From: Amoebidium appalachense
Taxonomy: Eukaryota; Protista; Ichthyosporea
Assembly: GCA_963693365.1 (NCBI GenBank)
Contig: CAVNZM010000006.1
Coordinates: 4,505,264-4,569,263, forward strand
DNA length: 64,000 nucleotides
Direction of reading: 5' to 3'
Of this stretch, positions 1 through 27,251 are shown one piece after another (position 1 is the first letter of the stretch; every line of letters starts with the position of its first letter). The position numbers were made by a program, and so were the translations under genes. The notes under the pieces are model-generated. The model saw only the letters and a list, made by a program, of their open reading frames with translations, was not told where the DNA came from and made no database searches.

Positions 1-4940
<4,940 letters not shown>

Positions 4941-5319
4941 AAGTAAACACGTAGCACTAAAAATAGAGGGGACCGTGATCTTTGCTGGATGTTGTATTTT
5001 ACGTTTTGCACTAGGAGGAACCTCTGCTGTTTATGAAGTGAGGTTTTGTGAGTATGAGGACATGCTTTTTATGGAAGGGTTTGTTTTGTAGTTTGGGTTA
5101 TTTGATAGTCGGATGGCGCATCATTTAGTTTGCAATAGTAGCGCATAATTCCGTGTGTGTTTTCCCTGTACAATCGGCGAAAATGGGTGGGCGCCTGTCA
5201 AGCAACGTGCGTAGGGAGGCTGTGATGTCTGGCGAGCTTCCTTGGAAATTAATATATAGTACAATAAAGGTTTTAATGGAATACAGTATTCTCAAGGTGA
5301 TCGTTTTACTCACCTTTCT

Positions 5320-5355
<36 letters not shown>

Positions 5356-5426
5356 TGCGCGCGCGTGTGTGTGTGTGCGCGCGCGCATGTGTGTGTGTGT
5401 ATGTGCCCGCACGTGTGCATACGTGC

Positions 5427-5461
<35 letters not shown>

Positions 5462-5535
5462 TGTGTGTTGGTTTATTTTTTTTCAAAATATTTATTTATT
5501 GGGGGGTGGGGGGAATGTGGGAAGATAGGGCTTGA

Positions 5536-5624
5536 GCTCCCAATCTCAATGGGGACCATCACTCGTTAACACTAGCCTAATTAAGAGTACATGGAGGAGG
5601 GTTTGGATGTGGTGGTGGGTGGGT

Positions 5625-5661
<37 letters not shown>

Positions 5662-5883
5662 ACTCCGAGGGGGGGATCAAATGATCAAATTTAACTAATC
5701 ATTGCACAGTATTTCATCATTTGATCCCCCCCGGCCCCCATTCATCATTTAATCATCCCCCCCCCCCCCCCCTCACCCTCCCCCCCCCCCCCCCCCCCTC
5801 CCCTCCCCCAATCCAAACCCTCCCTCATGTACTCTTAACTAGGCTAGTGTTAACGAGTAATAGTCCCCATTTAGATTGGGAGC
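5536..5883. mobile_element. MITE / fold-back non-autonomous DNA transposon with ~70-bp terminal inverted repeats
   Basis: Left gctcccaatctcaatggggaccatcactcgttaacactagcctaattaagagtacatg...gtttggat versus reverse complement of right end gctcccaatctaaatggggactattactcgttaacactagcctagttaagagtacatg...gtttggat; inner IR gggggggatcaaatgat/atcatttgatccccccc; tagggc on both flanks. Confidence 0.85.
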
Positions 5884-7415
5884 CATAGGGCCAAATAGTC
5901 ACAACCGCTGGACTGGGCCGGGAATTTAATCAGATAAAATCAAATGTAATACACCGATTGGATCCGCAATTCCACTTAAAAAAAAGTGAACCATTTGATT
6001 GGATCCAAAATTCCACTTTAAAATTTTTGGTTGTGACTATTCGGTTAGATGTCAAGCCCGAGTAAATACCTTCCCACCTCCCTCCCACCCCCTTGAAATA
6101 ATAATTTAAAAAAAACGATGCATATGGTGTGTCTATGTGCACACGGGGGGTGTTTGCGTACTTCATGGATGTGACTATACATGTGCATGTGGGCAGGGGG
6201 GGATCCGGAGGGATCAGGCTTGGAAGGAGGGTTGAGGGGTTGGGGGGAGGGGGGGGGGGGGGGGGGGGGGGGAGGAGGGGGAGGGGTTCCTACCACGGCC
6301 TTGGGGGCTACTGGGGAAGGCAAAGGAGGGAAGAGGGGGGGAGGGGGGGAGGATAAGGACGGATTCAGAGGGCGGGTTGAAGGAGGGGAGGGGAGGGGAG
6401 GGGGAGGGGGAGGGGGGGGGCATGGACTGTTCAATATCGGATATATCGGACATGCATTTTGAAGTGTTTATTCGGCGAACCTACATGTTAGCCTATATTA
6501 GTACAGTCACGGAATACGAAAAACACCAAACGTGCAGGTTCTTGAAAGCCACAGAGGCTGGAATAGGGGGAGAAAGTGGAGGAGGGCCGGTTGAGACAAA
6601 GGCACTGCCGGGAGAGGCATGGCAGTGGAAAAACTCCCGAATCCGGGCGCCGGGGGAGAGGGGGGGAGAGGGTGATGTATGCGTTAGAGGGTTGGAAATA
6701 TGGAGGAGACAACAAAGAGCAACACAAAGCGTCACAAAGGTGGGAAATCCAAAATCAAACAATTTAAGCGTGCAGGCAGAAGACACTTGAACAGAAGGGG
6801 GGGGGGGGGGGGGGGGGGGGGGGGGAGGGGGGGGGGGGGAAGGGGGGGGGGGTGGCGTGCTGGGAGGGCTGGGGAGGGGGGGGGGAGGGGGGAGGGGGGA
6901 GGAACGGGAGGGGGGAGGGGTGGAGGGAAGGAGGGGGAGGAGTGCATTCATGATCATGGCACTGCCACGCCAGCTACAACTGTGTTTGTTTCGTGCAAGC
7001 TCGTTGACTATGGAGCATCACTACTATGATAGAGAAAGATGATCAAGATCTACCGAAGCCTTGGCAAACCAGCTGGCTGCTAAAAAAGAACATAGATAGC
7101 GCCGTGGAAATGGACACCGAAGTGATCGGTGTGAAAAACGAAGTCGGAGGGGAAGTCAAAGCATGGAACTTGGTGACCATACAAGCAGCAGGATTCAACA
7201 TAGGATTCGCCAGAACCATCACAGATGGTGTGCGGCTAAACGGCGCCTGCGCCAAACTGTTTATTCGACAAATTAGTAATGAGATGACCATGGGAGAGAC
7301 AGTAACTAAATGGTGTCGGGAAATATAAGTTGGCAACAACAGTAGTACATGAACGAAGCAAACACAGACAACCAGAAAAATAAGACGCAAATGCCTGAAT
7401 CATTTCATTTCTTCC

Positions 7416-7922
7416 TTAGACAAGAAGCGCATTCGAGCTTGCTGAGATCTGCGTAATCATACCGTTCCTCTGCGTCAGATCCACAGGTTCACTGAGTTCT
7501 TCTTCCTCCTCAATCTCCTGTTCAAGCATCTTCCTTGCCTCCCTCAGCATGTTCCCCTCCTCTGCGGGCTCCTTAAAAGCACTGGCGACCATGTGGTTAG
7601 CCCGTGAGGTTGGTGGAGAAGCATACACCTGCAAAAAGCGCTTGTTTGCTGACAAACACTGGCGGCTGATGCTCTTGCGCGTGTGCTTGGCGCGCATCCG
7701 TTTCTGGATTTCCTGAACCTCGGCAGGGTCCATGGTTTTGAAATTCAGTTCCTTCTCATTGAATTCTACCTCTCCGCTCCAAGACACACGCCGGGCTGGT
7801 TTGGGGCTACCCAGTGGGCTGTTTCCTTCGCTTGTCGATGTCATCTCAGTATGTGAGGTTGTGTGTTGGAGCGACGTGCGACGGTGCACAGTGTCGGGAA
7901 AAGGGGGATCTGATTTGCACAT
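7416..7922 (-). CDS. Intronless hypothetical protein (142-168 aa depending on ATG 7844 or 7922) with RRVSW motif and acidic/charged C-terminus
   Basis: Repeat-free open frame with protein-like composition (SPKPARRVSWSGEVEF...EVQEIQKRMRAK...LEQEIEEEEELSEP); TATA-like box upstream; no family recognised. Confidence 0.65.
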   Translation of the reverse strand: MCKSDPPFPDTVHRRTSLQHTTSHTEMTSTSEGNSPLGSPKPARRVSWSGEVEFNEKELNFKTMDPAEVQEIQKRMRAKHTRKSISRQCLSANKRFLQVYASPPTSRANHMVASAFKEPAEEGNMLREARKMLEQEIEEEEELSEPVDLTQRNGMITQISASSNALLV

Positions 7923-7962
7923 TTTTGCGTGTGTGCTACAGGAGCTCTATCAACGCTCTGTG

Positions 7963-7972
7963 TTTTTTATAT
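7963..7972 (-). promoter_or_regulatory. Putative TATA box (ATATAAAAAA on minus strand) for the 7416-7922 gene
   Basis: ~40 bp upstream of ATG 7922; positional inference only. Confidence 0.35.
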
Positions 7973-9419
7973 GTCGCGCAGCACAAAAATAGGTAAGTGA
8001 TAAACCACTGCTTTTTGGTGTGCTCGAGCTTCGTGGTTTGACAGCGGAAAGGATCTCTCGTGTCCTACTTTGATACTGAATATGACAAGGTGTCTAAGGG
8101 TGTTGTGGATACAAGCCAGCAAGACGTTTTATGGGATGCAAAAAAAAGTATTCGTTACGCTGTAAGAGATTTATGGGGAAAGCCTCGATAGAGGCAAAAA
8201 CGAAAAACGCCAACTCCTTCTAGAGAAACTTTGGGGAAAGCCAAACACAAGAAAAACAAACTGAAAGTTTCAGACTATCGGGGCAGCCAAGGTTGGCTCG
8301 CTGGGCAGCGTGACGTGTATAAAACCCAGGCAGTAAGCAAACGGCCTGCTTTTGTGCATGATATTCGACTAATGAAATTAGGCTCACTGCGTCTGCTCCT
8401 GATGAGCGGCTGCGGTAACTCTGCTGTCACATCCGCCTAGTATATTCACCTACCGATATCAACTTTTCAGTCCAGTAAGTTTTGCGTATTTTCTGCTACT
8501 ACATTTATCAGTACGGACAAGAAGAAACTTATTCAACGCATTATATAAACCGCTTATGTGGTATCAGCCTTTCGCTGGCGGGGGTAATTAATCTGAAGCC
8601 GGACATCTACCAATCATGCGTGGGCAGGATCTAACGCTAATGACCTTGACCATGGCATTGGCCACTTTAGATGAGCCAATCAGTAACAGGCAGCGGGAAG
8701 TGTGGCATAACCCGGCGCTGCAGCTGTACATCCGAACAAAAGAAGTCTCCAGCAAAATAAGTAGGATGGTAATAGAACGGTAAATTGTGAACAATATATA
8801 TTTTGTTCAAAAAACCTCCTTTGCAAGGAAGTAAGTGTGCATATACTGCACTCTCGGCACGTGGCCACGGTGGCCTGTGGAGCCTTTGGTGCGTGATCAT
8901 CCAATCAGCACAACCCAATAGATTTCGGAGGCTCTCGTGTGTGCAGTTCGAATCTTTTTCAAAGGCTGTCAGAAACTTATGCCACGGACCACGGTCACCA
9001 GGCTCCACAAAGCATTACGTTCACGTAACAGAGCACAAGCTTTTCCAAATCATAGATCTTCAGAATGAACGTACAAACATTTGTCTACGAAAGTTCGCCG
9101 TGTGCACACTGTCCCGCGGTCCGTGCTAGACGGCTAGAAGGTGTGTTGACTTGCGCTTGTCGGATTGGAGGGCTGACATTTAATTTGACTTTTTTCGAAT
9201 CATAGCACCACTCCTTTTTTTTCTCACGCCGATTGTACGTTTGTCATGCAACCTTTTTATTTGTACCGATCTGAGCTCCTGTGATTGGATGTTCGGTTGT
9301 TCTGGGCTATTATACCCATAATTGGTTGTTTTTGGCATGTTTCAATTGAATCCCTGGAATCCCTGAAATTCCTAAATTTATCGGGCCAGTACATTGCTTA
9401 CAAGGAAATGCACGGCAGC

Positions 9420-9610
9420 CAGGGATTTGTCGGGTCCGTTGACCCGAGAACCAGCTCGAACCGACCCGGCGGCCCGACCCCTAACGGTTGCATTTTTGCC
9501 CAAAACCGGCTGTCAGGATGACCCGACGGGTTCGACCCGTATCCGGCCCGGCCCGGGGTCTTGACCCGGGAAGAGGAGTCAGGTCGGCCCTGCAGGGTCA
9601 CTTACGGGTC
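9420..9610. mobile_element. Probable DNA-transposon end (CAGGG start, array of GACCCG/CGGGTC subterminal motifs)
   Basis: cagggatttgtcgggtcc followed by repeated gaccc(g)/(c)gggtc motifs in both orientations; no partner TIR or TSD found. Confidence 0.4.
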
Positions 9611-9613
9611 TGT

Positions 9614-9646
<33 letters not shown>

Positions 9647-9651
9647 CTTAC

Positions 9652-9767
<116 letters not shown>

Positions 9768-10640
9768 ACAACATGGTGTACACTGCACATGTATACTACG
9801 TACACAGTGGGCTCACGCACACGCAAAAAACACATGCACACATGCACGCACATGTCGCACACACAAGGCACTTTAACGAATTTTTTGAGGCAATTTTACA
9901 TTTACTAAGTAAAATTGTATAACGTTATGCAGGTTTGAGCATAACGTTATGCATGTTTCAAAAAATTAAAAATGTAATAACTTGGGAACCGTTCAACCAA
10001 AATACACCAAGTTTTCATAGTGTGTTGTTATACCCCCTGCACACGTACACTGAGATAACAGCAAAACAGTTTGATCTGCTCAAGCGATCACGAAAAAACA
10101 TGAAAAACTTTTAAAAAACATTAGGTCAAATTTTTCGGTAAAATCCCTTACACGTGTACACACGCACAGATGTGCATACACACTAAATCATCGTATATGA
10201 ACACTACTCACTGGTAGTTCTGCACGGACTGCTACCAGCTGCAGTGCACGTGGTCACAACTTTAAACGGCAACACCTTGCTTGTGGGGCCATGCATGCCC
10301 GGGAGTCACTGACTCACTTCATCCCTGAGCTGAGCTTGCAAACACAAGCATATGATCATATGCATGCATGTACTTGCTTGGGTATCTTCCTGATGAATAT
10401 TGCCATAAACTTAAGCCAATCCGAGGGGACGCCTTAATGTGATTAGCCCGCCATCCGCCACGTGTTCGTAGGTAACGCGTGCATGTATCAGTGACTAAAA
10501 ATGAATATTAATAGGGAAATGGCCATCTGCGACGCTATGTATAGCAACGCTTCAATGATAAAGTTTGAGTTTCGGCTTGTGCATGTTACTCAGACTGATG
10601 CCTGTAAAAGTTATCTAGTCGGGCATGAAAACATATGCAA

Positions 10641-10689
<49 letters not shown>

Positions 10690-11111
10690 GCATGGCAGAG
10701 CTACAGGCGCCTATCTCATGAAGTACTTGTGGAATGTGGTTTTTATCGCTGGCAGGGTAAAAATGTGCCACGTTGGCTGGGATAGCTATCTATGTGAAGA
10801 ATGTGGTATGCCCACGTGTACAATAAAAACGAACCACAAGGCCAATTCAAAACGAATTCACTGAATGAAGGCCTTGCACGTTTGAATTATAATCCCAACA
10901 TGTATCTGTAGTTACAAGGGAAACGAGAGTTGCTTTGAGTGTGTGTTTTCAGCCAAACTCCAACACCCGGAGCCGCAAGTTTGTAGTGACCTAAAATGGG
11001 GTCAAGCAACGCCTTGTCGAGGTTGCTTACAGCACACCTCGCCACTTTTGCTTTTCTTCTTCTTTTGGGGACCTCCGTCGTTCATGCCGTAGAGTATGGG
11101 CTCTGTTTCAG

Positions 11112-19415
<8,304 letters not shown>

Positions 19416-19451
19416 GTACGCATCCGTCCCCCCCCCCCTCCCCTCCCCCCC

Positions 19452-19482
<31 letters not shown>

Positions 19483-19564
19483 AAAAAAAAAAAAAATCAC
19501 GCACACAACGCACACACTCGCACACATACATGCATGAACGTACATACACGCGCGCCCGCGCGCG

Positions 19565-19621
<57 letters not shown>

Positions 19622-19857
19622 GTCCCTCTGGTGTGCCTGCCTCTCGCTCGTTCACTCCCCCCTCCCCCCTTGTTCTCCCTCCCCTCCCCCCCCCCCCCTT
19701 CCGTCCCACCCTCACCAACTAACCCATCAATCAAGCAGAACCACTAAACACAAGGGAACAAAGGGACTGGGAGAGGGAAATTGTGTGTTAGTCTTCCCCA
19801 TTTTTTTTTCTCTTCTTTTCTTTCTATTTCTTTCTTTCTTTCTTTCTTTCTTTTTTT

Positions 19858-19888
<31 letters not shown>

Positions 19889-20828
19889 GGGGAGGGGGGG
19901 GGGGGGTGCTGAGGGGGTGGAGTTGGGAGATGGTTGAAGGAGAGCTATCAAAGTTCCTTAACTGATGAAAGTAAAATTGCTAAAACACCACCAACCAACT
20001 CATACACATACACACGGGCTAGATATACTTTTCTGATTTGTTCGAGTCGTGCAGAGAGTTTTTAATAGTAAATTCGAGGCACCAACTAGGGTGCATGAAT
20101 GAAGGCGGAACGCGTTAATTCTTTCTTCTTCTTTTTTTTTTTTTGAATGCGAGTCGATATTATCTGTTGGCATGGCCATGGAATGGAGGGCGCACACAGG
20201 GGAAGGGGAAACTCGAGCCCTTTAACTTTTAGGTAAGAGCGGAGAAAAACGGTGTTAGTTCTAGGTATAGAACAACACATTTTCTTGAACTTTTTCCGCC
20301 TTTGCCCCCCCCCCCCCCTCGCCCCCCCCCTCCCCCCCCCCTTCCCGCTGCCCTTTTTTATTTCCAGCAATTTTTTAAAAGTTTGCGATAGACCTAATTC
20401 AAACCGCCCTCTTTGATAGCTACGTGTTAGCGGCCCCACAAAGAGATTCTAAAACTCCTTTTTTTTTGCCCCCTGTACACGGGTTAGAAGCGTTAACTGT
20501 TCCCGTTGTACGGACATAGAGGTGATATCGATGGGAGAGTATGTACATGTAGCAAAAAATTCATGAGCGTATACCAGTACGAACATCAAGGCAGACAGGC
20601 TCTGTTGTCTGTACAATAGCGAATGAACTCTGAAACACCATAAAAAACCGGTGAACACGAAGCCAAATTTAACGATTGTTGGTGGTATTTTGCACTGAGA
20701 AGGTTGTTTGCTGACAAAAATCTCATCGTTGAACCATGGAAGTACTTGGTTACAATTTTTTTATTAAACTGATTTCTATGGTATTATTCATGGTGTGGAT
20801 GCGAGGGTGGGTGGGTGGGTGGGTGGGT

Positions 20829-20866
<38 letters not shown>

Positions 20867-21088
20867 GAATACACGTACAAGCATAGCTATGGAGTGCATT
20901 GCTTTAAAGTTTTCTTTGATTTTTTTCTCAGTTCTTTTTCATCTTTAGTTCAACTACACGATTTGCAATTTAGCCCTTACTTCTTTTCTCCTGAAAAAGT
21001 AAGCCCCCCCCTCCCCCCCCCCCCACCCTCCCCCTCCCCAACCAACACCACCCACCACCACCACAACTAAAACAACCACCACCACCAC

Positions 21089-21178
<90 letters not shown>

Positions 21179-21191
21179 AACACACACAAGT

Positions 21192-21256
<65 letters not shown>

Positions 21257-21401
21257 ACAAGTGACACACACACACACACGCACGCACAGAGTGTGACACG
21301 TACACACATGCGCACAGTGTCATACCACCCCTGCCACCACCACCTGGTCCATCACCATCAAATTATAAGGCTGCCAGTGACTGGGATAAAAATTACTTAC
21401 A

Positions 21402-21438
<37 letters not shown>

Positions 21439-21464
21439 AGGCACCCCTCTTCCCCTCAAAAGTT

Positions 21465-22622
21465 GCCCCTCCGCAGTGCAACATTTTCGTCCCGCCCCTC
21501 TGCTCACCCCTCTGCAAGGTCTTTTTTGGCACACGCAGGGGGGGGTGTGGAGGGGTTTTTATAGCTTCGCGGAGGGGTGGGCGGCTACACCCCTCCGCAA
21601 CCCCTCCGCGAAGCTATAAAAACCCCTCCGCAACACCCCTCCGCAACCCCCTCCGCGAAGCTATAAAAACCCCTCCGCACCCCTCCGCGAAGTCATAAAA
21701 CCCCTCTGCAAGGCCTTTTTTGGCACACGCAGAGGGGTGTGAAGAGGGGTTTTTATAGCTTTGCGGAGGGGTGGGCAACCCGAGCTATAAAAACCCCTCC
21801 GCACCCCTCCGCGAAGTCATAAAACCCTTCCGCAATGTCGTTTTTTCGGCGCGGAGGGGTGACTTTGCGGAGGGGTCAAATTCACCCCTCCGCAGTCCCT
21901 CCCCAAAGTGCGCCACCCCAGGGGGGGGGGGGGGGGGCACTGTGTAGTCTGCTGCGCAGCCGGCGCCGGTCGGTGGCCGTGCCACGTGCACACGTGGTGC
22001 CGCCGAACTGGATCTACATAGATCTCCGGAAGTATGCAGCCAAATATTGAAGTATTTGGTGTTAGTTTTCTTTTCTTTTTTTTTTTTTAAGGAGCGTTTT
22101 TGCGTTCAATGTTCAATTAATTTATAAAATTTCTTGATAGATGAGTGTCATACCGACCGGCATTTAGAAAAACACAGCCTACAATAAGTGATGAATCACG
22201 TGGCCGCACATGCACCGGTATGTCATTCCGTATCGGCATCAATCTGTCGTGACATTTATCCAATAACGCTTGAATTTAGAACTTGTCTGATTGTTTGCAG
22301 TTCTAAATCTCAAATCGCGCTATTCATAATACCCTATCTAAAATATAAAATAGACATACCTTAGCGACAAGATATTGTTGGCGTATATTGTAGGCGCACG
22401 GGCGCGCAACGCGCACACTCTTTGCTTCGAAGTATCTCAGTTATTCATTCAAATATAATAAATAACCTTCTAATTAATAGCTTCAGGACCTCTAATTTTT
22501 CAGGCACTTATACTACTACACATTATAAAAATATTTACTTTTTTGCGTAAAGAACAATGCCTATAGTTCACATCATGCGCGAACTGGCCGGTCCCGGCCC
22601 CGGGGTCGGGGTCGGGGGGGCC

Positions 22623-22669
<47 letters not shown>

Positions 22670-23102
22670 GACCATACCTCTCCTATCCATAGATCTCTAT
22701 CCAGTATAATCTAGAGAGACGGGGGGGGGGGGGGGGGGGGGGGGGGGCAGCACCCCTCTGCAGTGGACTTTTGATATTTTTTGAACCCCTCCGCAGAGTC
22801 GTTTTTTTTGGCACCCTTCCTTGAAGCCCCTCTGCTTCGTGAATTCTGACACTCGCGGAGGGGTGGATGGAGGTGTGCGGAGGGGGTAACTTTTCTTTTG
22901 ACTCGGTTTATTCTGGGGTGCAGAGGGGTCCACCCCTCCGCAAAGTAAGAAAACCCCTCCGCAACCTAACTTTTACCTCTCCGCAAAACCGTCAAACCCC
23001 TCCGCAAGTTCATGAAAACCCCTCCGCACCCCTCCGCAAGTGCGCGGAGGGGTGACTTTGCGGAGGGGTAAAAAATGACCCCTCCGCAGACCCCCCTCCG
23101 CA
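21465..23102. repeat. Two blocks (21465-21942, 22750-23102) of a CCCCTCCGC(A/G) motif array flanking an AT-rich core; probable transposon subterminal repeats
   Basis: >20 copies of cccctccgc/gcggagggg in both orientations; shared segment gcgcggaggggtgactttgcggagggg at ~21849 and 23042; tandem cccctccgcgaagctataaaaacccctccgca units. Confidence 0.7.
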
Positions 23103-23282
23103 ATAAAAAGAAAAAAAAGGCCCACCCGGCCACCCACCCACCCACCCGCGTCGCCGCCAATTGGGCGAACCACCACTCACGTGCACACACGTGTATGCAT
23201 GTAATACATCCCCCCCCCCCCCCCCCCCCACTAGCCATTTTCCTATGCCCCCCTCTTCTTGTCACCTCTCCCTCACGCACCG

Positions 23283-23317
<35 letters not shown>

Positions 23318-25456
23318 CGGCCCCCTCCCCACACACACACACACAGTTCACTCACGCACGCACGCAGGCACGCACGCAGTGCCACACGCACACACAAACC
23401 CATCACACAGAGGTGTAACAATCATGACCGCTTTTATGATGGATGTGTGGGATGCAATGTGCACAGATCCTTGGCGTAAGTATTAAGTAGCTATAGTGCA
23501 CGTGGCAGCACGTGTTTGTGCACATGTCCACACGCGAAAACTGTGTGACATGTGGGTGGCACTGTGCTAGAGATGCTGCAGCGCGAGAAGGCGACAAACG
23601 AAACCACGATAGCGCGCAGATAGTACATACGCGTGCCACGCGTAAGTTCTGAACCCAATCACGTGTTGTCCGCGTTCCTCGGTGACAGGTGTGTGATCTG
23701 GGTGATTATGGAACACGTGCTTTTGGTGTGCGGGCAGCCAATAACAATGCACGCGCACATGTGCGCCAATCATAACGTGGTTGGGGTTGGGAGCAGGGAA
23801 AGGTACACCGTGTGTGTGTCCGTGTGTGTGTGCCTATAAGTGGGTGTCATGTGCCGCGGTCCGTGTGTCAAGCTGGGTGCCACCTAGATCACTTGCCTGT
23901 CGATGGGATAAATTGGCAAGAGAACCCCAAGAAAGAAAAAAAATGTAGTCTTTTCATTTTCTTGGTTATAGCCTAACTGCCCTGGTGCTTATTTATAACT
24001 ACTCTAGTATCAACACACCTACTATTTCTCTGTTTTCCCTTAAATTTTGTTTTGCCTTTTGGCCCAAAGTTTTCGGGGCTCTGGCAACCCGGCTCGTCAT
24101 TGTTTTTACATTTTCTTTTTTCGATATCAGCTGGCAAGGATCAGCTGTGTTTCATGATACCCAATAGGTGACACCACACAGCTACCCTGTACCCCATGGG
24201 AAATTACACCCACAAGAGCACACGTCAAAAGCCTAAGGCCCCCTCACATACCTGCCACTTTGTTTTTTTCTTTTTCCTTCACCACTGATTATCAGGTAGG
24301 GTGCAAGGGGTGGTAGCTCACACATTTCGTTTTTGTTTTTCAAACGTTCTCGGTGTACTACAGATCCTTTTTCTTCACCGAGTAAGTAGTGGATGTGAAT
24401 GTAAACATTCTTCTCATTTTCGAATGAAACTTTGAAGAGTGCCTTGGTAATGTTTCTTTTCGAATAAGAAATCATTTGTATCGTGCATGTGTTTACTTTT
24501 TTAAGAGCTTTCATGTGTAATAAAATAAAGGCAGGGAAAGTCCTAGTTCGTTTTGAGTTTTTCCACCTCTAGTGGGTGACCCCTTATTCCTTCTTCTTCT
24601 TCTTTTTCTCCTGCTAAAGTTTTTGTTATTCTTGTATGGGCCCACTTTTTCAATATATGTTCCAACGTCCGACCGTCGACCCCTTTACTACCTTGATACA
24701 CGTTCTTTGTTCCGGCACGGCATCTTTTCTAAGACTTCTCGTCGTTGCAGAAAATTGACCATTTCAGAAGTTCTTTCTTTCTTTTCAAGATCTTTTTTTT
24801 TTTGGGCTCTGGGTATTGTTTTGGTGGTGAACAGGTGGTGGTGGTGTGGGTTGGGGGAGAGGGACAGGTCTTGAAGAAAAGTCTCCACCCTCTCCGTTTT
24901 CAATGTCATATGATAGTCAGGTGCTACCGTAGATGTGTCCTCACACTGTTCATTCCATTTGAAGACTAAAACCTAACGGCACTGTGAGTTCCCTCCCCAT
25001 ATATTTTATTTTATGGCACATTATATTATGTTACCAGGATACATGGAATCCGCATAACACTAAACTGGTCGTGGAAATTTAGACACACACACACCCTCCC
25101 CGAAACACATGCTGCATCGTCAAACCCCCCCCCCCCCCAAAAAAAAAAAAAAAAAATAATATAAAAAAATAAGAATAAAAAATAAAAAAGATAAGAAAGA
25201 TTTAAGAAAGAAAGAAGGGAAAAGAAAAGACTTCACTGCTTGACCCAAGTTTTCTCACGTTACTAACCGCAGTCTTGTCATTGTTTTTGCTTTGTTCATG
25301 AACTTTGAATTGTAGCCGTAAAGAAGATGTTACAGCGCGATATACTCTTACAAACTTTAGTTCCGACTTAAAAACTATGTATGCCAGTTGCTCATTATAG
25401 TTCTCATATATGCTTCCCCTGCAGAGTGACCCCAGCTTAGTCAAAATTTAATTAAG

Positions 25457-25915
25457 ATGGACGTCAATGTGTCTGTACAGCCCAACGAGCAGGGCAAGGT
25501 AAAATCCAACCCCCCCACCCACCCCTCCCCTTTCTGCACGCGGAGCTTCTCCACCCCTGCCCCTACCACCACCACAAGCACATACACACTACATGGACAT
25601 ACACAAACAGAACAATACACACGGCAACGCATGCATTACCCCCGAACCAAAGTTTGCTCCTTATGTTTGTGTGCGTGCAGTGTGTGATGGCGTTAAAAAG
25701 CTTAGTCTGGGTATGGGCGCGAGCGGGGAGGGGGGGGGGGGAGGGGGGGGGGATGAGGGGGAGGGTGATGGTGGTGGTGGTGGTGGTTGGGGGGAATGTA
25801 CGTTAATCCAAAAATGGGGTGGGGCTGCAACATCAAGAGCCTTTTTCCAAACTCTTCGTGAGTCCCCTTTGCCATTACATGTTCAGCAAGAGCCCGTGCC
25901 GACTTTCGCGGTCTT

Positions 25916-25955
<40 letters not shown>

Positions 25956-26271
25956 CTCTCAATGTCAGTGAAAGTGAAATGCTCTGTTCCTTGTTTTTTT
26001 GGGGCCTGCAATTTGTGGGTGATACTGTGATCACCTTTTCTGTGCCCCTCCCCCTCCCTCCCCGCCCCGCCCGCCCCCTCCGGCCCTTTTCCCTTCCCAC
26101 ACGCCTAATTGTTCTTCTGCTACATTTTTGCTTTTGCCACTGATGCATCACCCTCCCCCCCCCTCCACCCTCTCCTTCCCCTCCCTTTCCCCCCTCTTCG
26201 CCATTACTTTTCCTCCTCTTTCTCTCCTTTCTGTTCTTCGTGCCCATGTAAGCCCCCTGTCCCTCCGTCCC

Positions 26272-26319
<48 letters not shown>

Positions 26320-27071
26320 TTCTCCCTCCACCCACACACACACCCAAAAAAGACTCCCGGTGCTGTTGAGCTTGCTGTCCAAGCCCTTCAAGCCGCCCAG
26401 CAGCAGCTTGGGGGTACCAACGCCCAAGTTTCAGGGGGTACCATCAACATGGCAGCCCAGGAAGGGGGGTCCATGGGCCCCAGAGCCGTCCCCACTGTAA
26501 TTTCGCCCACCCATGGCAGTGAGGGGGGTCACATTGGACGGATGGTGGTCGGATTAACCAGGGGCATGCAGGCTGGGGCTACGTGGGACCCCACACGGAG
26601 TGTTTTTGAGGGGGTGCAAGAGCTGGGGAGGGAGGTGGGTGTCTACACAAAGACGGCCGGGGAGATTCTCAATGATGCAAGAGAATCGGGAAGGTATAGT
26701 AGACCCCCCCCCCCCCCCCCCGGCCTCCCCGGATTCCCCCCCCCCCCCCCCCCCCCGGTCAAAAAAAAAAAAAAAAAAACCTCGAAACCCCTCCGGGGCC
26801 CCCTTACCCCCCCCCCCCCCCCCCCCCGCCCCCTCCCCTCCCCCCCCCGGGAGTCGGAATCGTCTCTTTGCACTTTCCCCCCGCAAACACGTAAAAGCTA
26901 AATTGGAAGCATACTCAAAAAAGGAGCAAGGAACCTAGTTACTCTCTCACCATGCATCTACTCCCCCCTACCCCCCCCCCCCCCCCCCCCCCCCCCCCAC
27001 CCACCACCAAACACATACACACAAATACAAGCATGCACACACACACCATCACAGGAACAATATGAGAAGAG

Positions 27072-27162
<91 letters not shown>

Positions 27163-27218
27163 ACACACGTTTGCAAGCGCACATGCACGCGCACACACCG
27201 CGCGCACACACACACACG

Positions 27219-27251
<33 letters not shown>

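Noticed and set aside
7026-7390. Overlapping ORFs 7026-7328 (+) and 7043-7390 (-)
   Set aside because: No recognisable motifs; probably the 3' UTR or flank of the 7416-7922 gene.
8588-9129. ORFs 8667-9008 (-) and 8803-9129 (+)
   Set aside because: Short, non-ATG starts, no family signature or splice support.
10699-10805. Candidate extra upstream exon of the EGF gene (..MCHVGWDSYLCEEC|gtatgc)
   Set aside because: Splice signals are plausible, but no frame gives a convincing EGF Cys pattern.
20520-20630. GDIDGRVCTC as a 13th EGF exon
   Set aside because: Cys spacing and splice sites could not be reconciled.
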